Shown here: positions 1-10,422 of the stretch, piece after piece
Layout of the letters: the number at the start of each line of letters is the position of its first letter
Position numbering within the stretch: the first letter of the stretch is position 1
Source: Rhodothermales bacterium
GTDB taxonomy: Bacteria; Bacteroidota; Rhodothermia; Rhodothermales; JABDKH01
Direction of reading: 5' to 3'
Assembly (NCBI GenBank): GCA_013002165.1
Contig: JABDKO010000027.1
Span: forward strand, 425 to 64,424
DNA: 64,000 bases
Notes under the pieces: generated by a model
The model's input: only the letters and a program-made list of their open reading frames with translations
Told to the model about the DNA's origin: nothing
Databases searched by the model: none
Program-made: the position numbers and the translations under genes

Positions 1-1570
1 TGACTCCCAACTCGAAATATTCCAGAGCTTGATCGTAGAGGGCTCGACTGTAGTAGTACGAAGCGACTGTTGCTACGGCGTCGAGATACGAATTGCTATC
101 ACGACCCACCGACACTTCAAATGCAGACAGCGATTCGTCGTATAGAGAGTCTGCCAGGGGATATTCTTTCAGGCCCTGGTAGAGCATCGCGAGGCGTTGC
201 AACCCAACTGCCTGATCTTCAGTCACCGCATCGTACTGCCGTTGCTCGATCTCCAGAAACTCGTTCAGATGTACGACGGCTTTAGTTGTATCGCCCGCTC
301 GTGCATACCCATCAGCCTGCTGATACACGAACTTGGCATAGTAGTCGGATTCGCCGTTGAGCACATATTCCAGCTCGCGGGCAGCCTCGTGAAGAGAAGC
401 GAAGTCCTCAAATCTTTCTGATTCGAAAAGAAGAACTGCATAACTCTCGACGGCGAAAGTGAAGTTACCGGCTATCGCCGTGAAATCAGCAGACGAGGAG
501 TCGAGGACAGCTGCGGTCAGCGGGACAAGGTCGTTGAAAATTTTTAGAGCCTCGGGGTAATTCTCTTCCTCAATGTATGATAGAGATACCCCCGACAAGC
601 CCACTACATAATCATACGTTGCTTTACCATAAGCCGACTCGAGCAACGGCAGTGATCGCACGAAGTACTGCCGAGCCTGTGCAGGGAGGTCCGCACCTTC
701 AAACATCTTTCCAATCATATACACAGCGTCAGCAAACTCCGGCGACTCAGTACCGAGCATCAGCCCTGAAAGTCGTATGGATTCTTCAGTAGCAGCAACG
801 GCATCATCGATTCTCGTGAGCAGAGCGAGTGCGTTTCCCATTTCACTGTACCATTCGGGAAGCTGCGATTGTGCGTCCTCAATGTCCTGATACAGCTCAA
901 TAAGCGCCGCGTACTGCTGGGCACTTTGTTGATGAGAGCCACCGAGAAGATTGGCGTACGCCTCATTCCGCAGACACCACATTGCATTTATACTGCCTTG
1001 TCCCTCGGCAGCCAGGTAATTCTCAGCAGCGTCTCCGTACGGGCCTGCGGAAGCAATGAATTGTTCCGCATTGTACAATTCTGACGCCCACAGGTACACG
1101 AAGTAAGCATAGCTTGCATTTTGCTTTCCGTAGTAACGGGCATAGTAGCCCTCGGCGCTATTGAAGCTTGCTATGGCTTTTTCAAATTCTCCCGTGCGTG
1201 CATACAGTCGCGACAGATTCTCATACGTGTCGCCAAGATCAAGACTGTCTGGATTCGACAACTCCGTGCGAATCTCGAGTGCCACATTCAACCACTCTTT
1301 TGCTTCGGGATATTCCTGGAGATCGGTAAGGACGTAGCCAAGGTCATCAATGATTTCCGCATAGCGTAACGATCGCTGGCCCGAAATTTCTTCCTGACCG
1401 GCCGCAGCAATCCGCATCAGTCGCGCTGCCTCAGCGAAGTTGCCATTTCCGTACTCGATACCACCCTGATTATACAGGCTGTCAACAGAAACAGCCTGAT
1501 CCTGGGCAGCTGCCGGCATCAACACCAGCAACATTACCAGGACCAGGCTGCCTGAAATCTTATGAATCAT
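1..1570 (-). CDS. Tetratricopeptide-repeat (TPR) protein with signal peptide; C-terminal end runs off the left window edge (partial)
   Basis: Absent from the ORF track because no stop codon lies inside the window. Hand translation of the minus strand from ATG at 1570-1568 gives MIHKISGSLVLVMLLVLMPAAAQDQAVSVDSLYNQGGIEYGNGNFAEAARLMR... The same frame is still open at nt 61-2 (...SYYYSRALYDQALEYFELGV), which is TPR-like helical repeat text. Competing ORFs in 1-1570 are all under 83 aa. Confidence 0.7.
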   Translation of the reverse strand, partial: MIHKISGSLVLVMLLVLMPAAAQDQAVSVDSLYNQGGIEYGNGNFAEAARLMRIAAAGQEEISGQRSLRYAEIIDDLGYVLTDLQEYPEAKEWLNVALEIRTELSNPDSLDLGDTYENLSRLYARTGEFEKAIASFNSAEGYYARYYGKQNASYAYFVYLWASELYNAEQFIASAGPYGDAAENYLAAEGQGSINAMWCLRNEAYANLLGGSHQQSAQQYAALIELYQDIEDAQSQLPEWYSEMGNALALLTRIDDAVAATEESIRLSGLMLGTESPEFADAVYMIGKMFEGADLPAQARQYFVRSLPLLESAYGKATYDYVVGLSGVSLSYIEEENYPEALKIFNDLVPLTAAVLDSSSADFTAIAGNFTFAVESYAVLLFESERFEDFASLHEAARELEYVLNGESDYYAKFVYQQADGYARAGDTTKAVVHLNEFLEIEQRQYDAVTEDQAVGLQRLAMLYQGLKEYPLADSLYDESLSAFEVSVGRDSNSYLDAVATVASYYYSRALYDQALEYFELGV

Positions 1571-1600
1571 GAAGGGACGGTTTCTCAGATTCCGTCAAAC

Positions 1601-2092
1601 CTATGGAAGGTCCGTTTTGGCGTACCCGGTTTGATCGGAAAGATTGCTTACGCTGGACATCACTTCAGAAACCAGGACGGATTCGCGGCTGCCGATGTCA
1701 GTAGCGTCGACTTCAACATCTGCAATCGACTTGACACCTGCGTCCACTTCTGACAGATTGCTAATCTGCATCGCTGCTTCTGAGAGACTCAGCTTGTCAT
1801 AAGGATTCATCTTATCGTACCGATCGACATCGGCAAGATTCGAAATACCTTCCGTGCCAATGCTCATCAACACATCACTGGTAGCTGATATATCAACCGC
1901 TTCAGGAGTCTCTCCCCCCATAGTTTTGGGATCCCCTGTCTGATCGACGAGAGAACTTACGTCGATGTCCGACAGTGAGGACACAATGGCGGACTCATCG
2001 CCCGTGTGTGATTCCTGCTCGGCCCGCTGTTGGACACATCCTGCAAACACCAGGACTGCGACCAGAAATGATATATGTTTCATTATTAACAC
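1601..2092 (-). CDS. Hypothetical acidic lipoprotein
   Basis: 163-aa ORF. The N-terminus MLIMKHISFLVAVLVFAGC reads as a signal peptide plus lipobox Cys. The mature part is D/E/S-rich with internal repeats (SLVDQTGDPKT vs NLSDQTGYAKT; SNLAD/SNLSE/SNLSD). No family recognised. Confidence 0.55.
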   Translation of the reverse strand: MLIMKHISFLVAVLVFAGCVQQRAEQESHTGDESAIVSSLSDIDVSSLVDQTGDPKTMGGETPEAVDISATSDVLMSIGTEGISNLADVDRYDKMNPYDKLSLSEAAMQISNLSEVDAGVKSIADVEVDATDIGSRESVLVSEVMSSVSNLSDQTGYAKTDLP

Positions 2093-2142
2093 CTGTTATT
2101 CAACTGTGAGGATAACGTGGGCCACGCATTCTTATTGCGCGA

Positions 2143-2637
2143 CTATTCCTCTTCCAGGTATGGCTCGAATTCTTTCTTGTACTCCTGCGTCATGAAATGA
2201 GCCAGAACAAGCTGTGTATCCATCGATTGAGCAGTCGCGTTTCCGTACCCTTGTTCTGAGCTGAAGAATATGGATCCATTGTACATGCTCAGCCTTCCGT
2301 GCAGCATACCATCGCTGAGCTCTACAATCTTTCGATACATTGCGGCTGGCGGATTGAATCCTTCAGGTGCGTTCATAACAAGAGTGTAAACACTGATGAC
2401 TTTCATGAAGTCCAGGTCATCCCGTCCCCAGATAGCTTTTTCCGAGGCTACCATCGGTGTAGAAACACCTTCCACGGAAACGACAACTTTAAAGGCGCCA
2501 CTCTCAAGCGTAGCGTACGCATATCCGAGTTCATCAAGGAATCCTTTTGTTTTGTCTTGAGCAGATGCAGTACCTACGATGGCAAAACACAGTACAAGCG
2601 GCAAATATTTAAAAGCTTTCATAATTCGATTATTCAT
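2143..2637 (-). CDS. Hypothetical secreted protein
   Basis: 164-aa ORF with signal peptide MKAFKYLPLVLCFAIVGTASAQ. No catalytic motif recognised. Confidence 0.55.
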   Translation of the reverse strand: MNNRIMKAFKYLPLVLCFAIVGTASAQDKTKGFLDELGYAYATLESGAFKVVVSVEGVSTPMVASEKAIWGRDDLDFMKVISVYTLVMNAPEGFNPPAAMYRKIVELSDGMLHGRLSMYNGSIFFSSEQGYGNATAQSMDTQLVLAHFMTQEYKKEFEPYLEEE

Positions 2638-2661
2638 TTCAATGGAGGATGGATGACAGAG

Positions 2662-4653
2662 TTAATCATTCGAGGGTATCTGAACAACGACAATTTCCTG
2701 AACTATGCCGCCCTTGATTCGGACCGCAAGACCAATCTCTCGATAAAACCTGTAGCGGGTTTCATTGCTGTCGAGATTCTTGAAATCGTAGATCAGGTTC
2801 TCGAAAAACAGATCGACGTCGTCTCTGGACATTCCCAAACTCAGTTGACCTTCGGAGGACGAACCCAATCCAACTGTTGTGATATCCAGTGACGGGGCAT
2901 TAGGCCCTTTCAACGCGATCGCCAAAACCTGGGTAGAAGCTATGACCGCGATACCATGATCGTCATAAACTGTCCGACTTAACTTACTTCTTCCGGCCAG
3001 AGGAACACTGGAACCGACGCCAAGGCGTTCTTCAACAACACCAATCTTTTCGCCGAGTGATACTCCCTCTCCGTTTGCAAGCTCAACAGAACTGAACGCT
3101 CGATATGTCGGCGTGCCTTTCCTTTTCATTGCGGTTTTGGATAGCGAGGTGCTTCCGACGGCGTTAGCCACCTCGACATATTTGTCATACGCAATATCCC
3201 ACCATGCAGATGATGGACTTGCTTTGCCCAGATATTGCTCAAACAACTCAAGAGCCTGTCGGCCCTGATTTCCTTCTGCAAGGATAAACGCCCTGTTGTA
3301 CGTCAATGCTGTCTCAACTGCAGCGGGCACCTGGCTGCTACGGGTAAGCGACCGTCCGACCTGTTCTGCCTGATCGAACTGTGCAGTCGCCTGCGACAAC
3401 GTGCCTCCGGCACCGACGGCAACACCCGCGTTGATGAGGACTGCAGCTCGTGTTGTTGCATCCAACGATGCATCACTCTGCGCCAGACGGGCAGCATCTT
3501 CAAGATACTGCAATGCTTGTCCGACGTCCTTACCGGCAGGACGCAACAAATAGGCTACACCCAGATTTGCCTTGGCAAGAGTCAGGTCCGGATTCAATCG
3601 CAGTGCCTCTTTGAGCGCTCCAACTGCGTCCCACCACAGTTCTTCGTCTATTCCGCGAACCTCTGCCTCAAGTGAAGTGGGTCTACGATAGAAACCGCCT
3701 ACCAGAAGGTGTCCTACATTAAACGATCTGACATCGTCAGCATCAAGCGCGTCGCAATACTGCATCAGATAGGTATACCCGAGATTTGCCCAGGCCTCGT
3801 GTGCACCGGGAAACTCGCGTGTTACGGTTCGAAACGCTCTTGCAGCCGACGAGTATTGCTCAGTCATCAGGAACAGCACACCGTTGTCGAATGCTGACAT
3901 TGCTGACCATAGTTCTGACTGGCGCTCATCGATGTACGCAAGTCGATCCTTCCATGACGGATGGTCGTAGTTAAGAGCATGGAACGAATCGTAGTTGGAG
4001 ATATCTTTGTCGATGAACCTGGAAAAGCCACGCAGCAGCTTGTCATTCGAGTAACCGGCTGCCATTGCAACCTTGTAGCCGTGTATATCCGCTTCGAGTT
4101 CTGCCGACCTTCCGTAAGCTACCTCGATAAAATCAGTCTCTTCGGCCTGACGTCGAGCGCGGCCTTTTGCGGAGTGCTCGTTCTTGATATGTCCAAGCTC
4201 GTGGCCTAGAACGAGTGCCAGTCTGTCGGGCTCACCTTCGACGATCGCGTCGAGCAGTCCTGTAGAAAAAACCATAAGTGAGAACATCTCACCATCTGCA
4301 GGTGGACCCGGGTCGTAACCGATGCACTGGTTTTTTTCGCACTCGATTGCGAATGCCTGTTGAAATACGTTGTAAGAGCCTGCCCAGGCGAAGGCATCAA
4401 GAGGACCGTCCTTGACGGCAATCAATGGCGGCCACATGTAGCCGTCAATCGGTTCCGAAACCGCGAGAACTCGTTCGGCGACTTCACGAACCATGTCGCA
4501 GTCAGCTTTTGGAACGGTGGGATCGCAGACGAATGCCATGTCCCGTTGATTATGTGGGTTGACAGGATCTGTGTCTAACGAAAGAGCAGTAGCTGTGTTA
4601 CCGATCACACCGATCGATAGTACAGCTACGACCAGAAGAATATAATTTTTCAT
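2662..4653 (-). CDS. M48-family zinc metallopeptidase fused to a TPR-rich C-terminal region (secreted)
   Basis: HExxH motif HELGHIKNEH. The C-terminal half has TPR-like repeats (WANLGYTYL, KANLGVAYLL). I prefer ATG 4653 (MKNYILLVVAVLSIGVIGNTATA signal peptide) over the ORF-track start 4833. Confidence 0.8.
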   Translation of the reverse strand: MKNYILLVVAVLSIGVIGNTATALSLDTDPVNPHNQRDMAFVCDPTVPKADCDMVREVAERVLAVSEPIDGYMWPPLIAVKDGPLDAFAWAGSYNVFQQAFAIECEKNQCIGYDPGPPADGEMFSLMVFSTGLLDAIVEGEPDRLALVLGHELGHIKNEHSAKGRARRQAEETDFIEVAYGRSAELEADIHGYKVAMAAGYSNDKLLRGFSRFIDKDISNYDSFHALNYDHPSWKDRLAYIDERQSELWSAMSAFDNGVLFLMTEQYSSAARAFRTVTREFPGAHEAWANLGYTYLMQYCDALDADDVRSFNVGHLLVGGFYRRPTSLEAEVRGIDEELWWDAVGALKEALRLNPDLTLAKANLGVAYLLRPAGKDVGQALQYLEDAARLAQSDASLDATTRAAVLINAGVAVGAGGTLSQATAQFDQAEQVGRSLTRSSQVPAAVETALTYNRAFILAEGNQGRQALELFEQYLGKASPSSAWWDIAYDKYVEVANAVGSTSLSKTAMKRKGTPTYRAFSSVELANGEGVSLGEKIGVVEERLGVGSSVPLAGRSKLSRTVYDDHGIAVIASTQVLAIALKGPNAPSLDITTVGLGSSSEGQLSLGMSRDDVDLFFENLIYDFKNLDSNETRYRFYREIGLAVRIKGGIVQEIVVVQIPSND

Positions 4654-4933
4654 TGTCGTAGAGGATTGTTGAAGTTCTAAACGACCAGAAGAATCTTGTT
4701 TGCGATGTGCATAGATTCCCAAGAAATGGTCACCGGCCGGCAAAGCAATTCGCATTCCGTTTCTCATCGAACGTCGGATAATCGTCGTGAAGGGGTCGAA
4801 TTCGACGATTGCAAGTTTCGTTGTCTGAACCATCGAGCATACGGATGTGAGCGGATTTCAAGACAACATTCAATAATACAAAGGTCACTTATGCACTGCA
4901 AGAATTTTCTTCTTGCGAGCAATTCTACAATCG

Positions 4934-6421
4934 TTACAATATTGGTGCTATCAGTCTCGTTATGCTCGTTGCGACCCTGAAAAAAAACGTGTGTTCTTCC
5001 AGCGATTGTCTTGAAAGTTGTACGCACGATAGCAGGTCGTTTTCAAGCATTGTAGCGACATCCTCAGAAAAGGTACGACCGCGGATCAGGCATGTAATTT
5101 CAAAGTTGTACAGGAACGATCGATAGTCAAAGTTTGCTGTTGATACTGCTGCGTAGTCATGGTCGACAACAAATACTTTTTGATGCATGAAGCCTTCCTC
5201 GTAGAGATAGACTTTTGCGCCGGCTTTTTCTACTTCCGGCAGGTATGCATACGGCACGTACTTGAAGAGCACATTGTCCGTCATCTTCGGAACGATTATT
5301 CGGACATCTACTCCACGAAGGGCAGCGAGTTGGAGTGCGCCGAGCACTCGTCCGTCTGGAACGAAATACGGCGAGGCAATCCAGACGCGTTCTTCGGCTG
5401 ACTCAATGGCGTGCGTAAATAACAAACCACACGTTTCGAGATTGTCCGCCGGTCCGGACGCAAGAACAAGAGCTTGCTGATCGTCCCCCTTTTTCACGCT
5501 GGCCTGTCCACCCGGTGCGGTCCAATTCAGGTCCAGCGTAACCTGATGCCCGTAATACCAGTCACGGGCAAACGAGTATTGCAATCCGCTTACGGCGGGA
5601 CCGCTAATCGCCAAGTGCGTGTCGCGCCACGGCGTGAGCTTTTTGTCTCGGCCAAGATACTCGTCGCCGACGTTCAACCCGCCCATGAACGCACTTTTTC
5701 CATCAACAATGACGATTTTTCGATGGTTTCGGAAGTTGAGGCGAAACCTGCTTAGCCAGCGCCTGTTGCCGCTGAACCCTGCAACATGTACTCCCGCATC
5801 ACGCAGCGAGCCAACATATTTGCGACCAAGTTTGTAACTGCCTACCTCATCGTACAGTAAGTAAACCCGTACACCTCGGCGAGCGGCATGAATAAGGCGG
5901 TCACGAAATTGTCCTCCGACAATGTCATCTCGCACGATATAGAACTGCACGAGGACGTAGTTTTCTGCCTCGTCTATCGCTTCGAAAATTGACCTGAATG
6001 TCTCGTCCCCGTCGATAAGCAAACTTACCGAGTTGCCCGGAGTGAAGTTCAGAGTCGCGAGTTGTTCGAAGGCTCTCAGTTCTCCCTGTGCACGTCGATC
6101 ATGACCTTCCTTGGGATCTATCGCGACCGTCTCAGCCGGTGCCCTCGCACCCCGTAGCATCTTTTCAACCTGAGCATCAAATGATCGGAGTGCATTTATG
6201 TAGTTGCTGAATCTAGCTCGACCAAAAACCCAGTACATTGGCAGCGACAAGAACGGCATCAATACGAGACCCAGAGCCCACGCAGTAGCTCCCTGGGAAG
6301 TCCGTGTTTTGACAATGGCATCAATTGCAAAGCCAAAACCGAGTAAGTATGCCAGTGGAACTACCGTCGGAATGAAATACTCTGTTATCAGTTGAAGCAT
6401 CGAACCGGTTATGAAGTCCAC
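4934..6421 (-). CDS. cls: Cardiolipin synthase (phospholipase D / HKD superfamily)
   Basis: Two HKD motifs (HRKIVIVDG and HQKVFVVDH), two N-terminal TM helices, and a length of 495 aa typical of ClsA. Confidence 0.9.
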   Translation of the reverse strand: MDFITGSMLQLITEYFIPTVVPLAYLLGFGFAIDAIVKTRTSQGATAWALGLVLMPFLSLPMYWVFGRARFSNYINALRSFDAQVEKMLRGARAPAETVAIDPKEGHDRRAQGELRAFEQLATLNFTPGNSVSLLIDGDETFRSIFEAIDEAENYVLVQFYIVRDDIVGGQFRDRLIHAARRGVRVYLLYDEVGSYKLGRKYVGSLRDAGVHVAGFSGNRRWLSRFRLNFRNHRKIVIVDGKSAFMGGLNVGDEYLGRDKKLTPWRDTHLAISGPAVSGLQYSFARDWYYGHQVTLDLNWTAPGGQASVKKGDDQQALVLASGPADNLETCGLLFTHAIESAEERVWIASPYFVPDGRVLGALQLAALRGVDVRIIVPKMTDNVLFKYVPYAYLPEVEKAGAKVYLYEEGFMHQKVFVVDHDYAAVSTANFDYRSFLYNFEITCLIRGRTFSEDVATMLENDLLSCVQLSRQSLEEHTFFFRVATSITRLIAPIL

Positions 6422-6549
6422 CTAAATAATACGCCCCGCGCCTGCAGATTGCGAACGGTGGATTTATTGCCATGTAGGGGATTCTCTGACAAATAAAGCG
6501 GGGGTGGTCTGTCGAATACAACACGCAAATTCAAATATCGTAGGATAGT

Positions 6550-8127
6550 ATGACCTCGCCTCACGGATCAGGTAGCGGAATCATGAACGGCCCTCTGGAC
6601 ACTCATTACGGCAAGCACGGTGTGCCAGACGACCAGGATACATTTCTTGCGCTGCAAAAGAACCTTGTTCGCCAATTTGAGGCTGTATTTCCCCATGCAC
6701 TGCTGCCTCGCACGGTGGTTGTAATTCCCAGTCTGAGCCTGGACCGAAAGGAACTGGAAAAGATTGAAGGCGCTCATCATTATGAGGAGCGACTCTTGTG
6801 CTTGTTGATGCTCCTGAGGCTGCCACGGACACGTATCATCTACGTCACGAGTCAGCCAATTGCGGCGACTGTTATTGACTACTACCTGAGCCTGCTGCCG
6901 GGGGTGCCCATGTCGCATGCGCGAAGTCGACTCTGCATGTTGACATGCCACGATGCATCGATGGTGCCACTGACGCAGAAGATACTCGACCGCCCGCGCC
7001 TGCTGAGTTCGATCAGGGACGAGCTGAGCGGACAGGAGTATGCGCACATGACGTGTTTTAACGCGACTACACTCGAGCGTAGTCTTGCACTGGCATTGGG
7101 AATTCCAATCTACGCAGCTGATCCGGCATTGAACCATTACGGAACGAAGAGTGGAAGCCGTGAGATCTTCAAGGAAGCGGGAATTGATGTTCCACCGGGA
7201 TTTGAAAACATCCGGGATCGGCAGGATATTTTTGATGCAATAGCTGAACTGAAGGGATTGGATCCCCAACTCCGAAAGGTGGTAATCAAACTCAACGATG
7301 GCTTCTCGGGTGAGGGTAACGCTGTTTTCTCACTCGAAGACTGCCCGAATGACAACTCCGCGGGTGCGTGGGTTCGCAAGAACCTGCCCCGCTCAATCCG
7401 TTTCGAAGCTAAAACGGAAACCTGGGAGGCATTCATCGCGAAATTTGGATCGATGGGTGGAATCGTTGAGACGTTTGTCGAGGGAAAGAATAAGCAATCG
7501 CCATCGGCGCAGTGTCGAATCGACCCGTTGGGCAATGCTGTGCCCATTTCAACGCACGACCAGGTGCTCGGTGGACCGTCCGGCCAGGTGTTTCTTGGAT
7601 GTACATTTCCTGCTGTGCCGGACTACCGACTGGAAATACAATTAGCTGGAATGCGCGTGGCAGAAATTCTCAAGGACCGTGGCGTCGTGGGGCGATTTGG
7701 AGTCGACTTCATTTCAGTACCACAGCAGAACGGCTCCTGGAAACACTACGCCATCGAAATCAACCTCCGGAAGGGCGGGACAACACACCCGTTCTTGATG
7801 CTGCAGTTCCTTATCGATGGATTCTACGACGAGGATACCGGTCGGTACTACACGCCGTCGCTGAAAGAACGATTCTACTATGCATCTGACAATCTGAAGC
7901 AAGAATCGTACAAGGGTTTACTACCTGCTGACCTGATTGATATTGCCGTGTATCATGATCTTCACTTTCACGGAGCGACACAACAGGGTGTAGTCTTTCA
8001 CCTGATCGGCGCCCTGTCAGAGTACGGGAAACTCGGTGTCCTGTGCATCGGAGACAGTCCGACGAAGGCTCGCGAACTCTACGATCACACCGTCGAAGTC
8101 CTCGATGCCGAGACCAGGGATGATTGA
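6550..8127 (+). CDS. ATP-grasp family carboxylate-amine / peptide ligase, PGM1-related type (probable)
   Basis: 525 aa. The central and C-terminal text is ATP-grasp-like (VVIKLNDGFSGEGN, GVDFISV...YAIEINLRKGGTTHP). The long N-terminal region resembles the pre-ATP-grasp domain of PGM1-like ligases. Assignment is from memory, not searched. Confidence 0.6.
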   Translation: MTSPHGSGSGIMNGPLDTHYGKHGVPDDQDTFLALQKNLVRQFEAVFPHALLPRTVVVIPSLSLDRKELEKIEGAHHYEERLLCLLMLLRLPRTRIIYVTSQPIAATVIDYYLSLLPGVPMSHARSRLCMLTCHDASMVPLTQKILDRPRLLSSIRDELSGQEYAHMTCFNATTLERSLALALGIPIYAADPALNHYGTKSGSREIFKEAGIDVPPGFENIRDRQDIFDAIAELKGLDPQLRKVVIKLNDGFSGEGNAVFSLEDCPNDNSAGAWVRKNLPRSIRFEAKTETWEAFIAKFGSMGGIVETFVEGKNKQSPSAQCRIDPLGNAVPISTHDQVLGGPSGQVFLGCTFPAVPDYRLEIQLAGMRVAEILKDRGVVGRFGVDFISVPQQNGSWKHYAIEINLRKGGTTHPFLMLQFLIDGFYDEDTGRYYTPSLKERFYYASDNLKQESYKGLLPADLIDIAVYHDLHFHGATQQGVVFHLIGALSEYGKLGVLCIGDSPTKARELYDHTVEVLDAETRDD

Positions 8128-8181
8128 ATCTGCACCGTAGCGGTTGCGGGCCACGTGCGATTGTCGATGCAGTCTCCCGCC

Positions 8182-9210
8182 TTATTGAGCAAATCGCCGT
8201 TGAAGGTCGTGGTTTAATGATGAGAGAATACTGTTTCGCAATTCCGGTAGTGTGCGCTTGTCGCGCACGTTGAGAGCGCGAAGACCGGACAGCTTCTCGA
8301 CAAGCTCAGCGCCCGCCTTTGTGTTTGTTGCTATGCCGCTCACAAGATCAATCTGGCGATCGTACGCCATTTGAACACCGACGACTGCGTAGGGGTCAGA
8401 GGCACACAGAATAGTGTATTGAATGTTTTTGTCAATCGCTTCCATCGCCACCGTTCCGTTGTACGGTTCAAGAGGTGATGCGCCAACCTCAATTACTGCA
8501 ACGTCTGCCTTGACGCTACCGAGATGAGAAAGCAGCTTGCTGAGGGCGCTCTCATATTCGCTCTTTTCAACGACCGTTGTTGGCAGTCCTACGTCGACGA
8601 AATCAAATATGTAGTCTGCTCCGGCATCGTACATCGACAATACATCACGAAATCGACCTGCACCGGTCAGTTTAGCTGCTACTACCTTCATGCCTGACCG
8701 TTTCAGCTGCCGGATGACTATGCGGGCAGCAGTAGTTTTTCCGGCTGACATTGAGGTTCCAATAACGACAATGACGGGAGTTTCAAATAACACTTCAGGG
8801 ACTTCCGGGACGACGGTCTTCATTGAGACCTTCCGATCATCCCGAAATACGTGACCACGATACGTTATTTCAATGAGCGGAGGGACTTGAGACGAGCGTG
8901 AAGTACATACGCCAAGCACTCCTCCTGTTGTCAGGATATGCATCTTTCCGTCGTCCTCGACGAACTTCCATGAACCAGTCGCTTCCAGTGTGGCGTATCG
9001 CGTCCCGAGAGCACCAATAACGAGATCACCCTCTCCTAACTCAATAAGCCGACCGCTGGTCAGTTCGATGTTTCGCAGTCCAGACGTATCATCAACTTCC
9101 GCTACAACATAGTCACCTTCGTGCCATTCAGCTCTTCGCAGGTGTCGTACTTCGACTTCTTCCCTATCGAATTTTGCGATCCGGCACATTGACGAATGAT
9201 AACATCTCAT
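8182..9210 (-). CDS. P-loop NTPase of the BioD/CobQ/DUF1611-like (SIMIBI) type with an N-terminal beta-rich domain; function unknown
   Basis: Walker A in the context PVIVVIGTSMSAGKTTAARIV, followed by AAKLTGAGR. This GT-x4-GKT pattern is typical of BioD, CobQ and DUF1611 folds. The exact family is not resolved. Confidence 0.5.
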   Translation of the reverse strand: MRCYHSSMCRIAKFDREEVEVRHLRRAEWHEGDYVVAEVDDTSGLRNIELTSGRLIELGEGDLVIGALGTRYATLEATGSWKFVEDDGKMHILTTGGVLGVCTSRSSQVPPLIEITYRGHVFRDDRKVSMKTVVPEVPEVLFETPVIVVIGTSMSAGKTTAARIVIRQLKRSGMKVVAAKLTGAGRFRDVLSMYDAGADYIFDFVDVGLPTTVVEKSEYESALSKLLSHLGSVKADVAVIEVGASPLEPYNGTVAMEAIDKNIQYTILCASDPYAVVGVQMAYDRQIDLVSGIATNTKAGAELVEKLSGLRALNVRDKRTLPELRNSILSSLNHDLQRRFAQ

Positions 9211-9234
9211 GGCTCCACCCCGTATTCAAAATCG

Positions 9235-10413
9235 TCATAATTCCATGTGGTCATTACTTTGAATGGCTGGCATTTTGAGCAGCATCGCCAGCAATGCACT
9301 ACGCTCAACCATCTTGTCGAAGTAGATAAACTCATGTACTGCGTGTGCACCATCACCTACCGGACCAAGTCCATCTAGCGTGGCGGTATGAGCCGCTGTA
9401 AAACTACCGTCGGATCCTCCACCCGCCAGACCTTCGGCGACAGCGAAATCGAGTTGTCGGGCTGCATCTTGCGCGGCATCCCATAGCAGGTTATTGCGTT
9501 TGTTTTTCTCAAGCGGTGGCCGGCCAAAACCGCCTGACACCTCTATCCGCGTTCCGGGTGTCACAGGTTTCAAGCCCATAAGCCGTTCTTCGATCATTCT
9601 GGCTTCCTCATCACTTGGCACCCTGACATCGGCGACTGCCGAACTCTCCGGAGCGACAACGTTGGCGCGCATTCCACCATCAATTTTTCCCACATTGACA
9701 GTGATTCCTTTCGTCGGGTCATTTAGTGAATCGAGAAATTGGACGACATGAGCCAGCTCAACTATCGCACTCGCACCTGTTTCCGGTGCGAGCCCGGCAT
9801 GTGCGCTTTTTCCATAGATCTTGAACCGGTATACACCCGTACCCTTGCGACGCGTTTTCAGATTCCCATCCAGTCCAAGCGCGGGCTCCATCACAAGAGC
9901 CCTGTCTGCCTTTTTGGCCAGTTGAATGATCCGGTCTTTCGACTCGCGTGATCCAATCTCTTCATCTGAGTTGATGAAAACCACGGGGGCAACTCTCATT
10001 TCGATGCCGAGATCTCGTAAACATCTGAGGGCAAAAAGCAGTTGTACGATGCCTCCTTTCATATCGAAGGCACCCGGACCCGAGACCTGATTATTCTTTA
10101 CACCCCATGGCATCGTCTTAAGCGTGCCAACCGGCCAGACTGTGTCACAGTGGCCCAGTAGCAACTGGGTGGCCTGGCTATTCGCCGGGTTGCAAGCATG
10201 GATGTGACCTCCGCTCCTGCCTTCACCGGGGATTATTTCAACGGAGAGGTCAAGATCAGCCAGTTGTTCACCCAGATAGTGCAGCAGTGGCTGCTGAGTA
10301 GAAGGCTCAAGAGACGGCGTCTCCATCTTGACCATAATCTCGAGCATGGACAACATCTCGTCTGTCCGATCCCCCAGATACGTAACCAATTGCGTCGACA
10401 CTGTGTTCTTCAT
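9235..10413 (-). CDS. M20-family metallopeptidase (carboxypeptidase G2 / glutamate carboxypeptidase-like)
   Basis: M20 metal-ligand text LLLGHCDTVWP, FINSDEEIGS and a C-terminal GDGAHAVHE; 392 aa. Confidence 0.85.
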   Translation of the reverse strand: MKNTVSTQLVTYLGDRTDEMLSMLEIMVKMETPSLEPSTQQPLLHYLGEQLADLDLSVEIIPGEGRSGGHIHACNPANSQATQLLLGHCDTVWPVGTLKTMPWGVKNNQVSGPGAFDMKGGIVQLLFALRCLRDLGIEMRVAPVVFINSDEEIGSRESKDRIIQLAKKADRALVMEPALGLDGNLKTRRKGTGVYRFKIYGKSAHAGLAPETGASAIVELAHVVQFLDSLNDPTKGITVNVGKIDGGMRANVVAPESSAVADVRVPSDEEARMIEERLMGLKPVTPGTRIEVSGGFGRPPLEKNKRNNLLWDAAQDAARQLDFAVAEGLAGGGSDGSFTAAHTATLDGLGPVGDGAHAVHEFIYFDKMVERSALLAMLLKMPAIQSNDHMEL

Positions 10414-10422
10414 GAATCAACC

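Noticed and set aside
2299-2892. 197-aa plus-strand ORF
   Set aside because: It spans the boundary of two well-formed minus-strand genes with signal peptides, and has no motifs.
4654-4833. N-terminal extensions given by the ORF track (M48 4654-4833; OMP 28138-28386; LVIVD 21032-21136 and 22453-22533; PIG-L 36980-37123; hisH 49185-49256; hisG 52458-52511; amidase 53427-53465)
   Set aside because: In each case an internal Met is immediately followed by a canonical signal peptide, a lipobox or the conserved family N-terminus. The extension also overlaps the upstream gene or a terminator hairpin.
6568-7269. 233-aa minus-strand ORF (and nested 83-aa and 136-aa ORFs)
   Set aside because: Antisense to the ATP-grasp ligase gene. 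No recognisable domain, and a Cys/Arg/Gln-rich nonsense-like composition.
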